Assembly (NCBI GenBank): GCA_963662795.1
Contig: OY759746.1
Coordinates: 2,336,001-2,400,000 of the forward strand
Origin: Spirochaetia bacterium
GTDB taxonomy: Bacteria > Spirochaetota > Spirochaetia > CADAEX01
DNA: 64,000 nucleotides
Direction of reading: 5' to 3'
Under the pieces are notes generated by a model. It was given only the letters and a program-made list of their open reading frames with translations, ran no database searches and was not told where the DNA came from. Positions within the stretch are counted from its first letter, which is position 1, and each line of letters opens with the position of its first letter. Shown here one piece after another: positions 20,876-30,035 of the stretch. A program made the translations under genes and the position numbers.

Positions 20876-21753
20876 TTATTTAGGATATCTCGCACTTTTG
20901 CCGCAGAAATTTTGATTGCATCAGCGGAATATTTATAATTTAAAGCTGCAACTCCTGCATAAATTAGATCCATAATCAATATCTGAGATAATCTCGAATA
21001 AGAAGATATCTGAAAATCATCCAGTTCTGCCTTTGCAGATGTTAGCTTTATATCAGCAGCTCTAATTAATGGAGAATTATTGGGTCCGGTAATTGCTATA
21101 GTTGGGACCTTGCGTTCTTTACAATATTGGATCGCTTTTAAAACAGGTTCAGATTTCCCTGAATAGCTAATACCGATAGCAACATCATCGGGATTTAGAA
21201 GTGAAGATGTTGCTGCCATTTCAGCTGAATCAACATAAACATTACTGAAAAAACCTATTCTGTAAAATCTTAAATGAGCATTTTTTGCAGCAATAGAAGA
21301 ATTACCTACAGCGTAAAAATTAATTGATCTGGCTTTGGATATAACATCTACTGCTTTTTTAATTTCATGAAAATCTATGTTCTTTGCAGTTATATCAATA
21401 GTGTTTATATAATCGGTTTTTATTTTTTCAGCCATACTATCCAGTGATTCGTTTTCATGAATATCTGCAAAAATATAATCTTCCTGAGAAGATTTAATTT
21501 CGGAATTATCGGGATTTTCATAACTGACTATTGCAATTTTAAAATTATAAAAACTGCTGAATCCAATTGCCCTGATAAATCTTGTTACAGTAGATTCTGA
21601 AACAGTGCATTTCTCTGCAATGTTTTTAATCCGCATAAATTTTAAATTATCCATGTTTTCAAGAAAGTATTTTCCAATCCTTGAAAAGGATGGATTAAAC
21701 GATGGCATAAGATTTTTAATTCTGCTGTACAGATTATTAGGTGTTCCATCCAT
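20872..21753 (-). CDS. MurR/RpiR-family regulator
   Basis: VSESTVTRFIRAIGFSSF HTH; YAVGNS, GISYSGKS, AITG...SPL SIS motifs. Confidence 0.93.
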   Translation of the reverse strand: MDGTPNNLYSRIKNLMPSFNPSFSRIGKYFLENMDNLKFMRIKNIAEKCTVSESTVTRFIRAIGFSSFYNFKIAIVSYENPDNSEIKSSQEDYIFADIHENESLDSMAEKIKTDYINTIDITAKNIDFHEIKKAVDVISKARSINFYAVGNSSIAAKNAHLRFYRIGFFSNVYVDSAEMAATSSLLNPDDVAIGISYSGKSEPVLKAIQYCKERKVPTIAITGPNNSPLIRAADIKLTSAKAELDDFQISSYSRLSQILIMDLIYAGVAALNYKYSADAIKISAAKVRDILNN

Positions 21754-21823
21754 ACATAAAGATTACTTTACTTAATTCATTTAATCAATATCTTGATATT
21801 TTAAGCTATTATCAAAAAAAAAC

Positions 21824-21892
21824 TTGACAAGCTATATATATATGATAACATTTTAGAATGAAATTTCCATTTAAGATGAAATGAAATTTCAT
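21824..21892 (+). promoter_or_regulatory. Sigma70 promoter and tandem palindromic operator for the M20/kinase operon
   Basis: TTGACA 21824-21829, TGn-TAACAT 21843-21851; ATGAAATTTCCAT 21858-21870 and perfect palindrome ATGAAATTTCAT 21881-21892. Confidence 0.7.
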
Positions 21893-21925
21893 ACAATAAC
21901 AACTAAATTATAACAAGGAGGAAAA

Positions 21926-23176
21926 ATGCTGGGAATAGTAAAAAAGCATGAAAAGGAATGGGTAGAATTTACCCGGGAGATTGTCAAAATCCCTTCAGTA
22001 ACAGGGAGTGAAGGGAAACTGGCAGAATTTCTTTTAAAACACCTTAAAAAACTTGGGATAACTGAATCATTTATTGATGAAGCAGGAAATCTTGTAGGAA
22101 TAATAAGGGGTAAGGGACATGGTCCAAATATAATGCTTAACAGTCATCTTGACATCGTGCCTGAAGGGACACTGGATGACTGGCTGCCTTATGGGCCATT
22201 TGAAGCTGCTGTAGATGATAGGAGAAATATTATTGGCCGCGGAGTTTGCGATCTCAAGGCAGGAATGGCAGTACAGATTTTTACAATGAAAGTAATTCAG
22301 GAAGCAATTAAGAAAAATAAAATATCACTTCCTGGTGACTTGATTTTTACAGCTGTAGTGCATGAGGAAGCCGCAGAAATGCTTGGTATGGAATACTTAA
22401 TAGAAAAAACCATGCCCAGGCACAATATTAAATGCGACCTCGTATTTTTATCTGAACCTACCAGCAATGATATAGCGCTGGGACATAGAGGAAAAATTGA
22501 AATTGCAATTAAAACTGATGGGAAAACAGCACACTCATCACAGCCAAAACTTGGCATAAATGCACTTGAAAAAATGCTCCCGATTATGGATGCAGTATTT
22601 TACAGGATGGAAGATAAACTCAAATCAGATCCTGTATTAGGTGAAAGCTCGATAACAATTACCAACTGCACCGTTAAACCAGGAGCATTAAGTATTGTTC
22701 CAGACGAATGCGAAATATCGGTAGACAGACGCTATATGCCTGGAGAAAAACTTGATGACATATTAAATGATTTCACAGAGTTATTCAAGGAAATCCAGCG
22801 CAAGGACAAGGAATTCAGAGCAACTGCTGAAGCAAGGGTTTTCACTGAAAAGACATATACCGGGTATGAAAAAACAGTAAAAAAATATCATCCACCCTGG
22901 AAGACTGATATTAACAACAAATTTGTGCAGAAAACATTTAAGGCATTAAAATCTATTGGTCAAAATCCTGCTGAAAAATACTGGAAGTTTGGAACTGATG
23001 GCAGTATGTCTGCCGGTATTCATTCAATACCAACAATTGGGTACTCCGGCGCAGTTGAAAAATGGGCACATCAACCAAAAGAACAGGTAAATATTGATGA
23101 AATGCTTAAAACTTTTGAAGGGCATATCGCAATTATCTGTGAACTTATGGAACTGGATATAAATAATTTTAAATAA
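21926..23176 (+). CDS. M20 metallo-amidohydrolase (ArgE/DapE/YgeY-like)
   Basis: SHLDIV, GRGVCDLKAG, HEE, SEPT, WAHQPKE metal ligands; GKTAHSSQP dimerisation domain. Confidence 0.92.
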   Translation: MLGIVKKHEKEWVEFTREIVKIPSVTGSEGKLAEFLLKHLKKLGITESFIDEAGNLVGIIRGKGHGPNIMLNSHLDIVPEGTLDDWLPYGPFEAAVDDRRNIIGRGVCDLKAGMAVQIFTMKVIQEAIKKNKISLPGDLIFTAVVHEEAAEMLGMEYLIEKTMPRHNIKCDLVFLSEPTSNDIALGHRGKIEIAIKTDGKTAHSSQPKLGINALEKMLPIMDAVFYRMEDKLKSDPVLGESSITITNCTVKPGALSIVPDECEISVDRRYMPGEKLDDILNDFTELFKEIQRKDKEFRATAEARVFTEKTYTGYEKTVKKYHPPWKTDINNKFVQKTFKALKSIGQNPAEKYWKFGTDGSMSAGIHSIPTIGYSGAVEKWAHQPKEQVNIDEMLKTFEGHIAIICELMELDINNFK

Positions 23177-23223
23177 TCCAGTTTTTTTATTTTTTAAAAA
23201 ACCAGTTATAGGGAGAAATTTAT

Positions 23224-24435
23224 ATGGTAACTACAAGACCGAAAAGACCCACGAAGGGTTTTATAATAATGATTGTTTTAGCGTTATTAATTTATGGATG
23301 GAGTCTTTTTCCAAAGCCTTCAGTTTCAATAATACCAGATTATAACACCTGGCTTGCTGATGCAGGAAAAGGAAACATTATTGCAAAAATTGCATGGATG
23401 CTTGGTGACTGGGGAGATCCGGCTTATCAGAAAACAGCACTGGGTGGACTTATGATGATTCTCGGCGCGGCAATAGCTGTTTTCCTTGAAAAAAAGAAAA
23501 AATGTGTATTCGGAGTCTGTTACGGAACAGGATTATTTTGGAGAATGCTATCTGCACAGTTTTTAGCGGCCATTATTTCTAATTTTCTTTACCAGAATCT
23601 ATTTAGAACACAGGATATAGGATTTGTTCCTACCTTTATACCAATAGTCAGTATAACTCCAGGTTTAATCCTTGTTTACGGTGGAGAATGGAGAAAGGTA
23701 ATTACCGCAGGTGTTTTCGGAGGATTAATTGGCTGTCCATTTGCATATTTTATATTCAAGTTATTTGTGCAGCCATGGGGGCTGATAGGAGCTGTAGCAT
23801 GGGTTACACCAATGATAGTAGGCGCACTTGTGGCTTTCGAAGCATGTAAATACCTGCCGTGGATGGCAAAACAGGCATCAGATCCCGTAGAACCAGTAAA
23901 GCAAACAGCTTCATCTGATATTACAGAGGATGCAAGTGCTTGCTGTGCACCGGCTATGAATGATTCATGGTTTATAAAGAGAGTTTTTGCAGATTTTACA
24001 GAAGCTAATTTCTATGGAAGTGAAGTTGCTGGATTCTTATTTATTGTCGGCGGTATAATTACTATTTATTTAAATCCGTTTAATCCTGGTTATGGAAACG
24101 GTAATACATACCTTGCAATGTTGTCCTCCCAAATTCTGGCAGCTTCAATCGGTATTTTCCTTTACTGGCACAGATGGTATGAACTTGGATGGTATCCAAC
24201 TTTTGTTCCGGTAGTAACCATGGGACCCACATTTGTTATTTTATATGGCCCAAGTTTACATGTAGTTGTTACCGGTGCGGCAGTAGGTGCTTTATTTATG
24301 CCGCCGTTTGCAAACTGGGTAGCAAGAAGCCTGCCGTCACATCAGCATCCTTATATCGGGGCAGTAACATCAATGTTTGTGAACTGCATTGTAATGATCT
24401 CAATTTTCAATTATGTACCAGGATTTGGTGTATAA
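23224..24435 (+). CDS. Uncharacterised polytopic membrane protein with two internal repeats (putative channel/permease)
   Basis: About 10-11 hydrophobic segments; halves share YGxG...MLSxQxLAA and GxxPTFxPxV motifs. Confidence 0.75.
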   Translation: MVTTRPKRPTKGFIIMIVLALLIYGWSLFPKPSVSIIPDYNTWLADAGKGNIIAKIAWMLGDWGDPAYQKTALGGLMMILGAAIAVFLEKKKKCVFGVCYGTGLFWRMLSAQFLAAIISNFLYQNLFRTQDIGFVPTFIPIVSITPGLILVYGGEWRKVITAGVFGGLIGCPFAYFIFKLFVQPWGLIGAVAWVTPMIVGALVAFEACKYLPWMAKQASDPVEPVKQTASSDITEDASACCAPAMNDSWFIKRVFADFTEANFYGSEVAGFLFIVGGIITIYLNPFNPGYGNGNTYLAMLSSQILAASIGIFLYWHRWYELGWYPTFVPVVTMGPTFVILYGPSLHVVVTGAAVGALFMPPFANWVARSLPSHQHPYIGAVTSMFVNCIVMISIFNYVPGFGV

Positions 24436-24461
24436 ATTGATGATTTCCATTGGAGGATTAA

Positions 24462-25412
24462 ATGGCTAAATTATTAAAAACAAATATCGAAGAAGCAGTT
24501 AAAAGAATAGATATATGGAAAGGAAAAGATATTAAATTTGAACCGGTAAAAGGCGGAATAACAAATCCCAATTTCAAAGTTACTGTAAACAGTAAAAATT
24601 ATTTTTTAAAAATCCCAGGTGCCGGAACTGAAGACTTTATCAACAGGGATAACTGTCATCAGGCTAATGTGATAGGCATGGAATCCGGAGCCGGACCGGT
24701 TGTTGTTCAGTATTTCTCTGATACAGGTGTTGAAGTCTGGGAATGGATGGAAGGATACAGACAGGTAACATTTGGGGATATCTATTATGAAAAAATATTC
24801 AGGAAAATTGCTGAATCAATAAGAAACCTACATAATATAAAAGGGAAAACACTGCCTTTAAAACAGACATTATTTGAACAGGCATGGCAGATGGTTGAAA
24901 GATCCAAGGGAGGGGGGTATTTACCACCATGGTATGACAAAATGCTCTTTATCCTGGAAAGAATTGAGAAAGCATGTCTCAAAGATGGCATTGACTGGAA
25001 ACCATGTCATAACGACTTCTGGACAAATAATTTTATGTATAATGATGAAAAAAATGATCTTAAACTCATCGATTTTGAATATGCGTCTATGAACGATCCA
25101 TATAATGACCTTGGATGTTTTTCAACAACCAATTATCTGCCCGAAGGAATGGATGTACTTTTATCAGAAATCTACCATGGCGGATGGAATGAAAAAGGGT
25201 TTGCAAGACTCAAGCTTTATAAAATTGTTGCTGACATTAAATGGGGATTCTGGGCATTGCAGCAGTATCTTTTTTCTGATGTGAATTATGATTTTATGAA
25301 CTGGTACGGCATGAAAACAGCAAGGCTTCAGCATTTATGGCAGGATCCAAGACTTGATTACTGGATTAATCTTCTTAACGGAAAACCAATTTTCAGGCAG
25401 TTGAAAAAATAA
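24462..25412 (+). CDS. Choline/ethanolamine kinase-like phosphotransferase (LicA/APH fold), paralog 1
   Basis: GGITN, PCHNDFWTNN Brenner motif, IDFEYASMNDPYNDLG. Confidence 0.88.
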   Translation: MAKLLKTNIEEAVKRIDIWKGKDIKFEPVKGGITNPNFKVTVNSKNYFLKIPGAGTEDFINRDNCHQANVIGMESGAGPVVVQYFSDTGVEVWEWMEGYRQVTFGDIYYEKIFRKIAESIRNLHNIKGKTLPLKQTLFEQAWQMVERSKGGGYLPPWYDKMLFILERIEKACLKDGIDWKPCHNDFWTNNFMYNDEKNDLKLIDFEYASMNDPYNDLGCFSTTNYLPEGMDVLLSEIYHGGWNEKGFARLKLYKIVADIKWGFWALQQYLFSDVNYDFMNWYGMKTARLQHLWQDPRLDYWINLLNGKPIFRQLKK

Positions 25413-25431
25413 ATAATAGCAGGAGCTAATA

Positions 25432-26385
25432 ATGATAAAAAAACTTAAAAAAACAAATATTGATGAAGCTATTGCAAGAATTGATGAGTGGAAAGGAAAA
25501 AACATAAAATACGTTTCAGAAACTACTGGTATAACAAATCCTAACTTTAAAGTCACAGTTGACGGTAAGAATTACTTCCTGAAAATACCCGGCGCCGGAA
25601 CTGACAATTTTATTGACAGAGATAACTGTCATGAAGCAAGTAAAATAGCAACTGAAACAGACGCGGGACCAGTTGTAACACATTATTTCGAAGATACAGG
25701 TGTTGAGGTCTGGGAATGGCTTGAAGGTTACAGACAGGTTACATGGGGTGATATGTATAATGAAAATATTGTAAAAACTATCTGCAGCGGTATTAAAAAA
25801 TTCCACAATAATAAGAATCATATTCTTCCTGTGAAGTTAACACTTTTTGAACAGTCATGGCATATGATCGAACTTGCGGAACAGGGCGGATATGAACCGC
25901 CATGGCATGAAACTTTTCTTAACCTGCAAAAAAGAATTGAAGAAGCTATATTGAAAGACGGTATAGAATATAAGCCATGCCATAATGATTTCTGGTCAAA
26001 TAATTTTCTCTATAATGATGCGAAACAGGATTTTAAAATGGTTGACTTTGAATATAGTTCAATGAATGATCCATACAATGATCTTGGATGCTGGTCTGAC
26101 ATAAATTATTTTTCAGAAGATATGGATGTTGCACTCAGCAATCTATATCACGGCGGATGGGATGAGAAGGGTTTTGCAAAAATCAAACTTTATAAAATTA
26201 TTGCTGCAATCAAATGGGGTTATTGGGCTCTTCAGCAGTATGTCAACTCTGACGTTAAATATGATTTTATGGATTGGTGGGGAATTAAAATAGGCCGGCT
26301 TCAGCATTATATTATTGATCCACGTGTAGAGTACTGGATTAATTACCTTAATGGCAGACCGGTTTACAGGCAAAAAGTTAAATAA
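25432..26385 (+). CDS. Choline/ethanolamine kinase-like phosphotransferase, paralog 2
   Basis: TGITN, PCHNDFWSNN, VDFEYSSMNDPYNDLG; colinear with paralog 1. Confidence 0.88.
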   Translation: MIKKLKKTNIDEAIARIDEWKGKNIKYVSETTGITNPNFKVTVDGKNYFLKIPGAGTDNFIDRDNCHEASKIATETDAGPVVTHYFEDTGVEVWEWLEGYRQVTWGDMYNENIVKTICSGIKKFHNNKNHILPVKLTLFEQSWHMIELAEQGGYEPPWHETFLNLQKRIEEAILKDGIEYKPCHNDFWSNNFLYNDAKQDFKMVDFEYSSMNDPYNDLGCWSDINYFSEDMDVALSNLYHGGWDEKGFAKIKLYKIIAAIKWGYWALQQYVNSDVKYDFMDWWGIKIGRLQHYIIDPRVEYWINYLNGRPVYRQKVK

Positions 26386-26431
26386 GACTTAACAATATTT
26401 TTTTTGTTAGAAAAATTACTTGTAAGTTTCT

Positions 26432-26468
26432 GGACAGGAGTTGAGTTTCAACTTCTGTCCTTTTTTTA
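26432..26468 (+). terminator. Rho-independent terminator of the kinase operon
   Basis: GGACAGGAGTTGA-GTT-TCAACTTCTGTCC followed by T8. Confidence 0.85.
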
Positions 26469-26520
26469 ATGTTTACCGTATTAGGGATATTTCTCCATTT
26501 TTACCTATTGACAGTACAGG

Positions 26521-27363
26521 TCAGTGAAAGGTAATGTTTCTCTTTTTCCGTTCATCTTTTTGTATCCCGATATTTAAAAGAGCTGTGTACAGAGCTTCTT
26601 TCAGTTTGTTGCCATCAAAAGTAGTTCTGTCTCCATCGAGTGAGAAAATAAAACCATCCGGATGTGAGGGCTTAATATCGACAAGTATTTCTGTCATTAC
26701 CTGTGGAGTCGGCACTTCTCTGGAATTGCAGATTTTTGTCTTTTGAGAAACTGATTGATATATGATAGGTAAATACATTTTCTGATTTAAGAGCCATAAT
26801 TTCCCCCTGTCTCATTCCAGTGACTGCAGCAAGAAGATTTCCTGCATAGTAAAGTGAGTTATTCCAGTAGAGTTTTGAATATTCTGGAGCAAGTAATTTT
26901 TCAACCTCCGCAGTATTTTCAGGCTGTGATTGGCGGTTGTATTTGATAATTGTTTTTTGCTGAAAGAGAGAAGCCAGGATTCGATCTGACCATGATTGAT
27001 TTCTTTGAGTTCTTTTTTTCCGAAAACAGGAAGTATATGCTTTTTAAGGTTCATCCGGCAGATATCTGCATAATTTCTTGAAAAGCTTCCGCCCCGGGCA
27101 ATACTTCCGCATATATAATCACACTTGTCCCAAATCCACCAGTTTTCCGAATAGTCGTTAAAAGTGATTTTGGTTATTTTACAGGGGATGAGCTGATTGT
27201 TTTTGTAGAGTCTGAAACAGTATTCTCTTGTTGCTGTTTTTGTTGATAAACCAGTTGAAAATGAGAGGCGTTCTCCATTTTGGCTATAAATATGGTAATA
27301 ATATACTTTTCTGCCGGATTTAATTAGTCTTTGATAAATTGTGAAAGGATCTTTAAACCTCAT
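26521..27363 (-). pseudogene. Tyrosine integrase, frameshifted and truncated
   Basis: N-terminal arm/core-binding part (26812-27363); box I TGMRQGEIMAL in another frame; ends at RNITFH* before the HxxR arginine and catalytic Tyr. Confidence 0.85.
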
Positions 27364-27442
27364 AATACTCCTCTTTTCCTTGTCACTGGTGTCACCAGTT
27401 TTAAAGAGATGATTTATAAGGGTTAAAGAAAAAAAAGAAAGG

Positions 27443-27473
27443 TTATAAATCCTTACATTGTAAGGATTTATAA
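27443..27473. repeat. Perfect 15-bp inverted repeat directly 3' of tRNA-Leu
   Basis: TTATAAATCCTTACA-T-TGTAAGGATTTATAA. Confidence 0.8.
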
Positions 27474-27476
27474 GGT

Positions 27477-27560
27477 TGCGGCGAAAAGGACTTGAACCTT
27501 CACGAGGGAACCCCCACTAGCCCCTCAAGCTAGCGTGTCTACCAATTTCACCATCGCCGC
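27477..27560 (-). tRNA. tRNA-Leu(GAG)
   Basis: GCGGCGA acceptor stem, CTAGC-TT-GAG-GG-GCTAG anticodon arm, long variable arm, GGTTCAAGTCC T-arm; CCA not encoded. Confidence 0.95.
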
Positions 27561-27607
27561 ATTTTGAATTGTATTTTATCTATCAGCAAAAATATTGTCA
27601 ATATCCT

Positions 27608-29413
27608 TTAATTCAAAAAGTTTTTAATTTCCTTAAGGTCTTCAAGCAGCACAGCGAACTTTCCAAGCGCAGCGTTTACAGGCTCCTTCGATTCCATATC
27701 AACACCGGCGAGCTTAAGCGATTCAAGAGGATAACGGGATCCTCCCGATTTAAGGAAAGAGAGGTAATCGTTTTTCTCTTTTTCCCCTCCCTTTAAGACG
27801 CGCTCTGAAAGTGCAATGGCGGCTGAGAGCCCTGTCGCGTATTTGTAGACATAAAATGCCCTGTAAAAGTGCGGTATGCGCAGTCCTTCAAGGTCGCTGT
27901 TTGCTTCAAATTCCATATCAGGGCCGAAATAATCGGAAAGAAGCCTTTTATATTCATTTCTGAGTGAATCTGTCGTGAGCGGAATCCCGTTTTCAGCCAT
28001 TTTATGGGTTTTATGCTCAAATTCCGCGAACATTGTCTGTCGGAATATTGTAGCGATTATATCATCAATCTGTTTGCTTAAAAGATATGCCTTCATTCTG
28101 TCGCTGTCAGTTTTACTGACGAGATATGCGGCAAGGAGCTGCTCATTGAAGGTAGATGCTACCTCTGCCTCAAATATTGTGTAGCTGTAGTGTTGAAACG
28201 GATTGTTCCGTGCGCTGTACCAGGAGTGCATGGAATGTCCCCCTTCGTGGGCAAGGGTAAATACATCGCGCAGCACATCTTCCTTGTAGTTCATGAGGAT
28301 GTAGGGGTCGCCTTTGAATGAGCCTGCCGAGAATGCGCCTGAACGCTTTCCCTTGTTCTCGTACCTGTCCACCCATCCGTTTAACAGGCCGTTTTTAAGT
28401 GTAGAAGTGTACTCTTCTCCGAGTATAGCAAGGGAGGCTATTACTTTTTCAACAGCTTCCCCGTAGTTATGTTTTACCTTTATCTCGCTGATAATAGGCA
28501 CATATACATCGTAAAGGTGCAGTTTATCAAGTTTTAGCGCCTCTTTCCTGAATCTGTAATAACTGTGGAGTTTGTCGAGGTTCTCCCTGACAGATTTTAC
28601 AAGGCTGTCATAAACAGTTTCAGGCACCTTGTCCGGAAAAAGAGATGCGCTCCTGCAGGATTTATATTTTCTTACTCTTGCCCCGTAGACATCAAAGTGG
28701 ATGCTTCCTGAGTATAAAGAGGCAAGTGTGTTCTTGTGGCTGTCGTACATACTGTAAAATTTTTCATATGCCTTTTTTCTTGTCTCCCTGTCCGGATCAA
28801 TCAGAAATGTCTGGAATGTTGACTGTGAAAGAGGTTTTTCTCCTTCTCTGGTTTCGACAAAGCCGAAGTCCATATCAACGTCTGTCAGCGCAGAAAAAGA
28901 TTTTTTTGCAGTCTGTTTTGCCTCTGTCTGAAGCGCAATCAGCTTTTCTTCGCTGTCGGATAGAATATGCGGTTTGAAGCGTAATAGTTTTTCAAGGAAT
29001 ATTGAAAACGGTTTTATTTTTTCATCATCCAGAAAAGACTTCATTACCGGATCCGGAATGGATGTGATTTCCGGTGTTATGAAGCTGGTTTCTGTCTCCG
29101 CATTTGCAGCGGCTGTCATAAATCTGGAAAATCTTTCCTGATTTTTGCTGTCGCTTCCGTCTTCGCTGTGTTTGAGCTGCGCATAGTAGCCTATTTTTTC
29201 CCCTAAAATTCCGAGTCTGTTAAGGTAGGAAAGGCATTTTTCAAGGCTTTCAGCCGACCCTGCAAGTGTATTTTTATAGGAAGGGGCCTCTTTCACAAGG
29301 CTGTTAAACTCATCAAGCCCTTTTTCCCATTCTTCATCATTTCTATAGAGTTTCTCAAGGTTCCAGCAGTCTGAAGGTTTTACATCTTTTCTCTCAGGTA
29401 TTTGTTTTTTCAT
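27608..29413 (-). CDS. pepF: Oligoendopeptidase F (M3B)
   Basis: TLAHEGGHSMH, AEVAS, GKRSGAFS, RIPHFY. Confidence 0.95.
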   Translation of the reverse strand: MKKQIPERKDVKPSDCWNLEKLYRNDEEWEKGLDEFNSLVKEAPSYKNTLAGSAESLEKCLSYLNRLGILGEKIGYYAQLKHSEDGSDSKNQERFSRFMTAAANAETETSFITPEITSIPDPVMKSFLDDEKIKPFSIFLEKLLRFKPHILSDSEEKLIALQTEAKQTAKKSFSALTDVDMDFGFVETREGEKPLSQSTFQTFLIDPDRETRKKAYEKFYSMYDSHKNTLASLYSGSIHFDVYGARVRKYKSCRSASLFPDKVPETVYDSLVKSVRENLDKLHSYYRFRKEALKLDKLHLYDVYVPIISEIKVKHNYGEAVEKVIASLAILGEEYTSTLKNGLLNGWVDRYENKGKRSGAFSAGSFKGDPYILMNYKEDVLRDVFTLAHEGGHSMHSWYSARNNPFQHYSYTIFEAEVASTFNEQLLAAYLVSKTDSDRMKAYLLSKQIDDIIATIFRQTMFAEFEHKTHKMAENGIPLTTDSLRNEYKRLLSDYFGPDMEFEANSDLEGLRIPHFYRAFYVYKYATGLSAAIALSERVLKGGEKEKNDYLSFLKSGGSRYPLESLKLAGVDMESKEPVNAALGKFAVLLEDLKEIKNFLN

Positions 29414-30012
29414 TATAATTTCAGCTCCCCAAGGCTTTTTATCAGTTTTGCCATTGCTCTCCCGGCCCTTCCCCTGTGGGAAACAATATTTTTCTCACAG
29501 GCTGTAAGTTCAGCTGCGGTTTTCCCGTATTCTGTGATGAAAAAAAGCGGATCATATCCGAACCCGCCGTCTCCGATCATCTCATAAGTTATCTCCCCTT
29601 TGACAGTTTCCTGACAAACGTAGAACCGTTCACAGTCAAGGACTAATGCCATTGAGCAGACAAAATAGGCTCTTCTGTCGGCAATATTTTTCATTTTTTC
29701 GAGTAGATACTTGTTTCTTTCCCTGTCCGTAAGTTTATTTATCCCGTCAGACCCGTAACGGGCGGAATATATTCCTGGTTCTCCCCCGAGCGCAGGGATA
29801 CAGAGACCTGAATCCTCTCCGATTACAGGTGTTTTTGTCTGTGCGAATAATTCTTTTGCTTTGCCCAGCGCATTGTCGAGGAAAGTAAGACCTGTCTCCT
29901 CAAAATCAAATTTTATCCCTATTTCACCGGGAAGCAGAATTGTATGGTCAGGCATTACCGGAGACAGCTCAATTGCCTTGTTTTTGTTGGATGATGCGAG
30001 AAGTATTTTCAT
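29413..30012 (-). CDS. rdgB: dITP/XTP pyrophosphatase (HAM1)
   Basis: EDSGL, PGIYSARY, GFGYDPLF, KNIVSHRG. Confidence 0.93.
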   Translation of the reverse strand: MKILLASSNKNKAIELSPVMPDHTILLPGEIGIKFDFEETGLTFLDNALGKAKELFAQTKTPVIGEDSGLCIPALGGEPGIYSARYGSDGINKLTDRERNKYLLEKMKNIADRRAYFVCSMALVLDCERFYVCQETVKGEITYEMIGDGGFGYDPLFFITEYGKTAAELTACEKNIVSHRGRAGRAMAKLIKSLGELKL

Positions 30013-30035
30013 ATCTTTCTAATATAAAAAAAATA

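Noticed and set aside
24462-26385. lic operon or aminoglycoside-resistance call
   Set aside because: No licB/C/D; motifs are choline-kinase type (CHND, DFEY) and context is metabolic; no direct evidence for resistance.
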